From positions 1 through 29,889 of the forward strand of contig JBIJBE010000042.1 in NCBI GenBank assembly GCA_044345405.1: a DNA stretch of 29,889 bases, given 5' to 3'. The notes beneath the pieces are model-generated. The model saw only the letters and a list, made by a program, of their open reading frames with translations, made no database searches and was not told where the DNA came from. Positions 24,752-29,889 of this stretch are shown here, piece by piece. Source of the stretch: Bdellovibrionota bacterium (lineage in GTDB: Bacteria; Bdellovibrionota_C; UBA2361; OMII01). The position numbers were made by a program, and so were the translations under genes. Numbering within the stretch: the first letter of the stretch is position 1; each line of letters begins with the position of its first letter.

Positions 24752-25397
24752 GCGCTACGGCAGTATACTGCTTTTTCAGGTGCAGTACACGCCTGACGTA
24801 GTTCTGAGTCTCAGAATATGGCGGAATGCCGTTATAACGCTGCACCGGAACATCCCCGGCGTTATAGGCAGCAAGTGCATGGGACTCATTTCCGTACCGC
24901 TTGAGAAGCCGGGCGAGATACTGAGTCCCTCCATGAATGTTCAACTCCGGAACGAACGCGTTTCGAACCCCGAGCATTCGGGCGGTGCTCGGCATCAGCT
25001 GCATCAACCCCTGAGCCCCCTTTGGAGACACCGCTCTGGGGTTAAAGCCTGACTCGACGTGAATTACCGCTTTAATCAGATTAGGGTCTACACGATGTCT
25101 TCGGGCCGCATCGTGAATAGCTCGCTCATAAACGGCGGCCGAATGAAGACGCCGGCCACCCTTCATCCTGGTCTTTCGATAGTAACTAAAGCCATTAGCT
25201 CGGGCCGTGAAGATCTCAGCCTGCTCCCCCTCCTCCGGAGGTTTCGTCGTGAAACGAATAACTCCACCCGGCTCTCGAACAACGTAGATCTTCCCGTCCG
25301 CCGCGTGTCCCTCGGACGCCATCATCACGATGGCGACGAGGAGCCCGCAGAGTGATGGCAAGAAAGCCTGTGTCATGAGCATACGAACCTTATGCAT
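24744..25397 (-). CDS. Secreted lytic transglycosylase (SLT domain, DUF4124-like N-terminus)
   Basis: Signal-peptide-like N-terminus. AVIHVESGFNPRAVSPKGAQGLMQLMP, ALAAYNAG, GIPPYSETQNYV. Confidence 0.92.
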   Translation of the reverse strand: MHKVRMLMTQAFLPSLCGLLVAIVMMASEGHAADGKIYVVREPGGVIRFTTKPPEEGEQAEIFTARANGFSYYRKTRMKGGRRLHSAAVYERAIHDAARRHRVDPNLIKAVIHVESGFNPRAVSPKGAQGLMQLMPSTARMLGVRNAFVPELNIHGGTQYLARLLKRYGNESHALAAYNAGDVPVQRYNGIPPYSETQNYVRRVLHLKKQYTAVAHG

Positions 25398-25780
25398 ACC
25401 GTCGCCTTTGTCAGCCTTGTATCTCTTCGAACAAAACTTCCTGACGTCTTATCGCGAGCCCTTCGTTTTTGTTTCTTCGTCAACATAACGAACCGCCCGC
25501 GCGAAACAGCGCGTCCCGGGGATCCTCACCTGCACTACAATGGGGGTCTCGTGGGGCATACCGCCTCAGCACCGATCCTTCTGGAGGGACGAGCGGTATG
25601 TTCTTTCGATGCGCGCTCTCCCGAGGGAGTAGTATGAGAATTATGCAAACGGCAGTTGGCGGCGCAACTCCCTGGAAGGATGGCAGAAAAAGAGTATACC
25701 GATGGCTTGAATACGTGGGTGAACCTCCCCCCGCAACCCCCTTGCACGCCGATACCCATCGAGAGATGGCGCCGCCAAGA

Positions 25781-25814
25781 GAAAGACCCACAAGGGGCTC
25801 CTTATGGGTCTTTC
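25781..25814 (-). terminator. Terminator-like hairpin downstream of the last flagellin
   Basis: GAAAGACCCA...TGGGTCTTTC 10-bp stem about 20 nt after the stop codon at 25836. Confidence 0.65.
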
Positions 25815-25835
25815 GAGGACGAACTGAACGATCAG

Positions 25836-26696
25836 TTAGAATCGCAAAATTTGGAGCGCAAGGGCCGGCAACTGATTCGCCTGAGCCAACACCGCGGTGC
25901 CCGCCTGCTGCAGGATATTGAACCGAGTGAGATTCGCCGCCTCCTCAGCGACATCCACATCTCTAATCCGACTTTCCGACGCCTGAAGATTCTCCTTCGC
26001 GACGCCGAGCTTGGCCACGGCGGTCGCCAACCTTGATTCCACCCCACCAAGCGCTCCTCGTGCGGCTCCGACCGAGTAGATCGCCGAATACACCGCATCC
26101 AGCGCTAGACGGGCGGCGGTCGCGGCCTCCGCGTCTGTAGATGCGTTGACGGAGTACGTCAGGGCACCGGAAGCGTTCCCCAACCCGATCCCCTGGAGGG
26201 TGGCGAGTCGATTCACGTACGCTATCTGCGACGCTGTACCAGAACCTGTTCCGACCTGAATCGTAAGCTGGCTTTGCCCCGAAAGAAGCTTAATCCCATT
26301 AAATTCGGTCACAGCCGCTATACGCTCTATCTCCGAGCTCAGAGCGACAAACTCATTCGAAACAACCGAGCGTTGCGCTGAAGTTAGGGGACCATTCGCG
26401 GTTTGCGACGCAAGCTCAGCAAGGCGAGCAAGGATATTCGCGACCTCACCCAGCGCTCCATCAGCTATCGCGATAGTGGAGATACCGTCGTTCGTATTAC
26501 GAATCGCCTGCCCCGCGATACGGGACTGCGCCCGCAAGGACTCAGCGATGGCGAGACCGGCGGCGTCGTCTCCGCCGGATGTCACCCGGTGCCCAGAGCT
26601 GAGCTTGTTGAACGAATCGCTCAACTTCCCGCCCGTGGAATCTAAGCGACGTTGCGCTTGAAGAGCGGTCGTATTGCTTCCGATACTAATACCCAT
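25836..26696 (-). CDS. fliC: Flagellin (short, divergent paralog)
   Basis: LSSG.R.....DDAAGLAIAE, RNTNDGIS...IADGAL, ESRIRDVDVAEE, ILQQAGTAVLAQANQ; 286 aa. Confidence 0.95.
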   Translation of the reverse strand: MGISIGSNTTALQAQRRLDSTGGKLSDSFNKLSSGHRVTSGGDDAAGLAIAESLRAQSRIAGQAIRNTNDGISTIAIADGALGEVANILARLAELASQTANGPLTSAQRSVVSNEFVALSSEIERIAAVTEFNGIKLLSGQSQLTIQVGTGSGTASQIAYVNRLATLQGIGLGNASGALTYSVNASTDAEAATAARLALDAVYSAIYSVGAARGALGGVESRLATAVAKLGVAKENLQASESRIRDVDVAEEAANLTRFNILQQAGTAVLAQANQLPALALQILRF

Positions 26697-26747
26697 GGTC
26701 TCTCTAATCCCTTAAAACGCGTTACATAAGTCTACGGACGCTCACCT

Positions 26748-27605
26748 CTATCGCAGGAGCTGCAGCGCCAAGCTCGGTAACTGATTCGCTTGCGCGAGAA
26801 CCGCCGTACCGGCCTGTTGCAGGATGTTCAATCGAGTCAGGTTCGCGGCTTCCTCTGCTACGTCCACGTCTCGAATTCGGCTCTCCGCTGCCACAAGATT
26901 CTCTCTCGTCACACCAAGATTGGTGATCGCGGTGGAGAGTCGTGACTCAACTCCACCAAGAATTCCTCGTGACGCTCCAACCGAGTAAATAGCCGCGTAC
27001 ACCGCGTCGAGCGCCAGTCGGGCAGCCGTCGCCGCAGCCGCGTCAGACGCTCCGTTAATCGAGTAGGTCAACGCCCCAGAACTGCCACCAAGTCCGATCC
27101 CCTGCAGGGTCGCGAGCTGGTTGGTGTAGCCGATCTGTGATGACACACCAGAACCCGTTCCCACCTGAATCGTGATCGTGCTTGTTCCGGAGAGAAGCTT
27201 AATTCCGTTGAACTCGGTCACCGCAGCGATACGCTCAATTTCAGAACTTAACGCCACGAACTCGTTCGCCACCACAGAACGCTGCGTCGTACTCAAGGTT
27301 CCGTTCGCCGACTGCGACGCAAGCTCCGCGAGACGAGCGAGAATGTTACCCACCTCACCTAACGCGCCGTCCGCGATCGCGATCGTTGAGATTCCGTCGT
27401 TCGTGTTTCGGATCGCTTGGCTCGCGATACGAGACTGCGCCTTCAAGGACTCCGCGATAGCGAGTCCCGCCGCGTCGTCAGCGCCTCGGTTGATTCGGTA
27501 TCCCGAACTCAACTTGTTAAACGCTAGACTCAGCTTTTGGCCGGTGCCGTCCAAGCGCCGCTGCGCTTGAAGCGATGTGATATTACTTCCGATACTAATT
27601 GCCAT
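26748..27605 (-). CDS. fliC: Flagellin (short, 285 aa)
   Basis: Canonical N- and C-terminal flagellin motifs; RBS AAGGAAGG. Confidence 0.96.
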   Translation of the reverse strand: MAISIGSNITSLQAQRRLDGTGQKLSLAFNKLSSGYRINRGADDAAGLAIAESLKAQSRIASQAIRNTNDGISTIAIADGALGEVGNILARLAELASQSANGTLSTTQRSVVANEFVALSSEIERIAAVTEFNGIKLLSGTSTITIQVGTGSGVSSQIGYTNQLATLQGIGLGGSSGALTYSINGASDAAAATAARLALDAVYAAIYSVGASRGILGGVESRLSTAITNLGVTRENLVAAESRIRDVDVAEEAANLTRLNILQQAGTAVLAQANQLPSLALQLLR

Positions 27606-27878
27606 GACTACCTTCCTTGCTCGTGATAAAGCCCCAACGCCGTCTTAGTAGATATGTTCGTGGCCCCCTCGTCGTGAGGACGCGAACACTCGTTCCCACG
27701 CTCCTCAAGAGTCGCGAACAAAACACGACTTATAAAGACGGCGAGAACCTTCCTGCTGAAGCGATAGTATGAGGTGAAACGAACCGAGAACTACCTGAGG
27801 ACTTCGGTGAACTGCTACTGCAATAAACTTCGGCACTACGTTACTTCTCGGAGCTTCACTACTCTCGCTCCACAGATA

Positions 27879-27906
27879 GTTTCGGATCCTTTCGTGGAAC
27901 TCTTGA
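27879..27906 (-). promoter_or_regulatory. Probable sigma-28 promoter for flagellin 26748-27605
   Basis: TCAAG-N15-TCCGAAAC, identical in both repeat copies. Confidence 0.5.
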
Positions 27907-28086
27907 ATACAAAATGTTGTGGCAGAACAATAAATGGATCACGGAAACGGAAAGTCAGTGGGTTTCAAAAAGAGAGCGGACAGAACCGAGCAGAAAAAAA
28001 TATCTTCTCTCCGAGCTCGCCGCTCTCTTTGTGTTTCAACAATGTCCGAATACTCTTATGCGACAATCTGCACTGAGGACGGATTC

Positions 28087-28131
28087 AAAAAACGAGAGGC
28101 CCACCAGCGCGTTGACGCCAGCGAGCCTCTC
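28087..28131 (-). terminator. Intrinsic terminator after flagellin 28157-29014
   Basis: GAGAGGC...GCCTCTC stem followed on the minus strand by GTTTTTT. Confidence 0.7.
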
Positions 28132-28156
28132 ACATAATTGCGTAATCCAAATCCGC

Positions 28157-29014
28157 TTATCGCAGGAGCTGGAGCGCCAAGCTCGGCAGCTGGTTCGCTT
28201 GCGCGAGAACCGCCGTACCGGCCTGTTGCAGGATGTTCAATCGAGTCAGGTTCGCGGCTTCCTCCGCCACGTCCACGTCTCGAATTCGGCTCTCCGCTGC
28301 CACAAGGTTCTCTCTCGTCACTCCAAGATTGGTGATCGCGGTGGAGAGTCGTGACTCAACTCCACCAAGAATTCCTCGTGACGCTCCAACCGAGTAAATA
28401 GCCGCGTACACCGCGTCCAGCGCCAGTCGCGCCGCCGTCGCCGCAGCCGCGTCAGACGCTCCGTTAATCGAGTAGGTCAACGCGCCAGTGCCGTTACCGA
28501 GTCCGATTCCCTGCAAGGTCGCGAGCCGGTTGGTGTAGCCGATCTGTGATGACACACCAGAACCCGTTCCTACCTGAATGGTAATCGTGCTTGTTCCCGA
28601 CAGAAGCTTAATTCCGTTAAACTCGGTCACCGCAGCGATACGCTCAATTTCAGAGCTTAACGCCACGAACTCGTTCGCCACCACAGAGCGCTGCGTCGTG
28701 CTGAGCGTTCCGTTCGCTGACTGCGAAGCAAGCTCCGCGAGACGAGCGAGAATGTTACCCACCTCACCTAACGCGCCGTCCGCGATCGCGATCGTAGAGA
28801 TTCCGTCGTTCGTGTTGCGAATCGCTTGGCTCGCGATACGAGATTGAGCCTTCAAGGACTCCGCGATAGCGAGTCCCGCCGCGTCATCAGCGCCTCGGTT
28901 GATCCGGTATCCCGAACTCAACTTGTTAAACGCTAGACTCAGCTTTTGCCCGGTGCCGTCCAAGCGCCGCTGCGCTTGAAGCGATGTGATATTACTTCCA
29001 ACACTAATTGCCAT
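28157..29014 (-). CDS. fliC: Flagellin (short, 285 aa)
   Basis: Differs from 26748-27605 at only about five residues (I5V, NQL/NRL, GGSSG/GNGTG). Confidence 0.96.
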   Translation of the reverse strand: MAISVGSNITSLQAQRRLDGTGQKLSLAFNKLSSGYRINRGADDAAGLAIAESLKAQSRIASQAIRNTNDGISTIAIADGALGEVGNILARLAELASQSANGTLSTTQRSVVANEFVALSSEIERIAAVTEFNGIKLLSGTSTITIQVGTGSGVSSQIGYTNRLATLQGIGLGNGTGALTYSINGASDAAAATAARLALDAVYAAIYSVGASRGILGGVESRLSTAITNLGVTRENLVAAESRIRDVDVAEEAANLTRLNILQQAGTAVLAQANQLPSLALQLLR

Positions 29015-29287
29015 GACTACCTTCTTTGCTCGTGATAAAGCCCCAACGCCGTCTTAGTAGATATGTTCGTGGCCCCCTCGTCGTGAGGACGCGAACACTC
29101 GTTCCCAAGCTCATCGAAAGTCGTGAATAATACGCGACCGATGAGGACGGCGAGAACCTTTCTGCTGAAGCGATGGTATGTGGTGAAAGAAACCGAGAAC
29201 TACCTGAGAACTTCGGTGAACTGCTACTGCAATAAACTTCGGCACTACGTTACTTCTCGGAGCATCACTACTCTCGCTCCACAGATA

Positions 29288-29315
29288 GTTTCGGATCCTT
29301 TCGTGGAACTCTTGA
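29288..29315 (-). promoter_or_regulatory. Probable sigma-28 promoter for flagellin 28157-29014
   Basis: TCAAG-N15-TCCGAAAC. Confidence 0.5.
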
Positions 29316-29496
29316 ATAAAAAATGTTGTGGCAGAACAATAAATGGATCGTCGAAACGCAAAGTCAGTGGGTTTTACAAAGAGAGCGGCGAGCACCGGAA
29401 GAAGAACAAATATCTTCTCTCCGACCTCGCCGCTCTATTTGTGTTTTGACACTGACGGAGCATTCTTAAGGAACAACGAGTACTGAGGACGGATTC

Positions 29497-29542
29497 AATA
29501 AAACGAGAGGCCCACCAGCGCGTTGACGCCAGCGGGCCTCTC
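29497..29542 (-). terminator. Intrinsic terminator after the partial flagellin
   Basis: GAGAGGCCC...GGGCCTCTC stem followed on the minus strand by GTTTTATT. Confidence 0.7.
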
Positions 29543-29567
29543 ACATAATTGCGTAATCCAAATCCGC

Positions 29568-29889
29568 TTATCGCAGGAGCTGCAGCGCCAAGCTCGGCAG
29601 CTGGTTCGCTTGCGCGAGAACCGCCGTACCAGCTTGTTGCAAGATGTTCAATCGAGTCAGGTTCGCGGCTTCCTCCGCCACGTCCACGTCTCGAATTCGG
29701 CTCTCCGCGGCTACAAGGTTCTCTCTCGTCACACCAAGATTCGTAATCGCGGTGGAGAGTCGTGATTCAACTCCACCAAGAATTCCTCGTGACGCTCCAA
29801 CCGAGTAAATAGCCGCGTACACCGCGTCGAGCGCTAGTCGGGCAGCCGTCGCCGCAGCCGCGTCCGTAGCGCCGTTAATCGAGTACGTA
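29568..29889 (-). CDS. fliC: Flagellin, C-terminal part (truncated by window edge)
   Basis: The frame stays open to the window end: TYSINGATDAAAATAARLALDAVY...QANQLPSLALQLLR. Confidence 0.93.
   Translation of the reverse strand, partial: TYSINGATDAAAATAARLALDAVYAAIYSVGASRGILGGVESRLSTAITNLGVTRENLVAAESRIRDVDVAEEAANLTRLNILQQAGTAVLAQANQLPSLALQLLR

Larger units (their letters stand above)
26748..29889. repeat. Tandem duplication of a ~1.41-kb unit (flagellin gene plus ~550-bp upstream region), at least 2.2 copies
   Basis: Stop codons at 26748, 28157 and 29568 (periods 1409 and 1411). Intergenic regions 27606-28156 and 29015-29567 align throughout with scattered substitutions. Confidence 0.93.

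Noticed and set aside
776-25355. Numerous antisense or alternate-frame ORFs overlapping the kinase, put genes, ftsY, smc and others
   Set aside because: These are shadow ORFs expected in GC-rich coding DNA. Each overlaps a well-supported gene and has no motifs.
25424-25452. Sigma-28 promoter for the lytic transglycosylase
   Set aside because: ATAAG-N16-TTCGAAGA has the wrong spacing and a poor -10.
25665-25745. SRP RNA, 6S RNA or cobalamin riboswitch suggested by CCTGGAAGG, CTTGAA and CCCCGCAAC fragments
   Set aside because: Only short partial matches; the surrounding conserved helices and motifs of each family are absent.
25634-25921. Plus-strand ORF MRIMQTAVGG... with a GGGAG SD-like sequence
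   Set aside because: It runs through the terminator hairpin and antisense into the flagellin 3' end, and has no recognisable protein features. It cannot be supported without expression data.
27774-28354. ORFs in the flagellin intergenic repeats (27774-28076, 27914-28354, 29111-29395, 29123-29449)
   Set aside because: Starts, lengths and C-termini differ between the two copies, and the ORFs overlap promoter and terminator elements.

Overview
Bacterial chromosomal window of roughly 55-60% GC (estimated by eye). Gene content suggests a Bdellovibrionota/Myxococcota-like lineage (inference only). From left to right: (1) a 110-bp REP-like tandem array; (2) a compact minus-strand cluster encoding a divergent, non-flagellar-looking type III export gate (SctI-like, SctO/SctP-like fusion, SctR, SctS, SctT, SctU); (3) a split PutA (PRODH plus P5CDH) and a HEAT-repeat lipoprotein; (4) an Flp-pilin-like protein with a long Ser/Glu tail, DUF429 and DedA; (5) an accessory patch with an orphan protein, a catalytically dead LAGLIDADG+HTH protein and a small Cys-rich secreted protein; (6) a NahK-like kinase, ftsY, an atypical smc, pgsA and a lytic transglycosylase; (7) a tandem array of at least four short flagellins. 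The best candidate for a new system is the export-gate cluster. Its SctU/FlhB stops where the NPTH autocleavage motif should be, and the missing C-terminal domain is a separate gene beyond an intervening GAF/PAS hybrid histidine kinase. Sigma-28-like promoters precede this cluster, the pilin-like gene, the Cys-rich gene and the flagellins, which hints at a shared motile or attack-phase regulon. All family assignments come from motif recognition by eye; no database searches were run.
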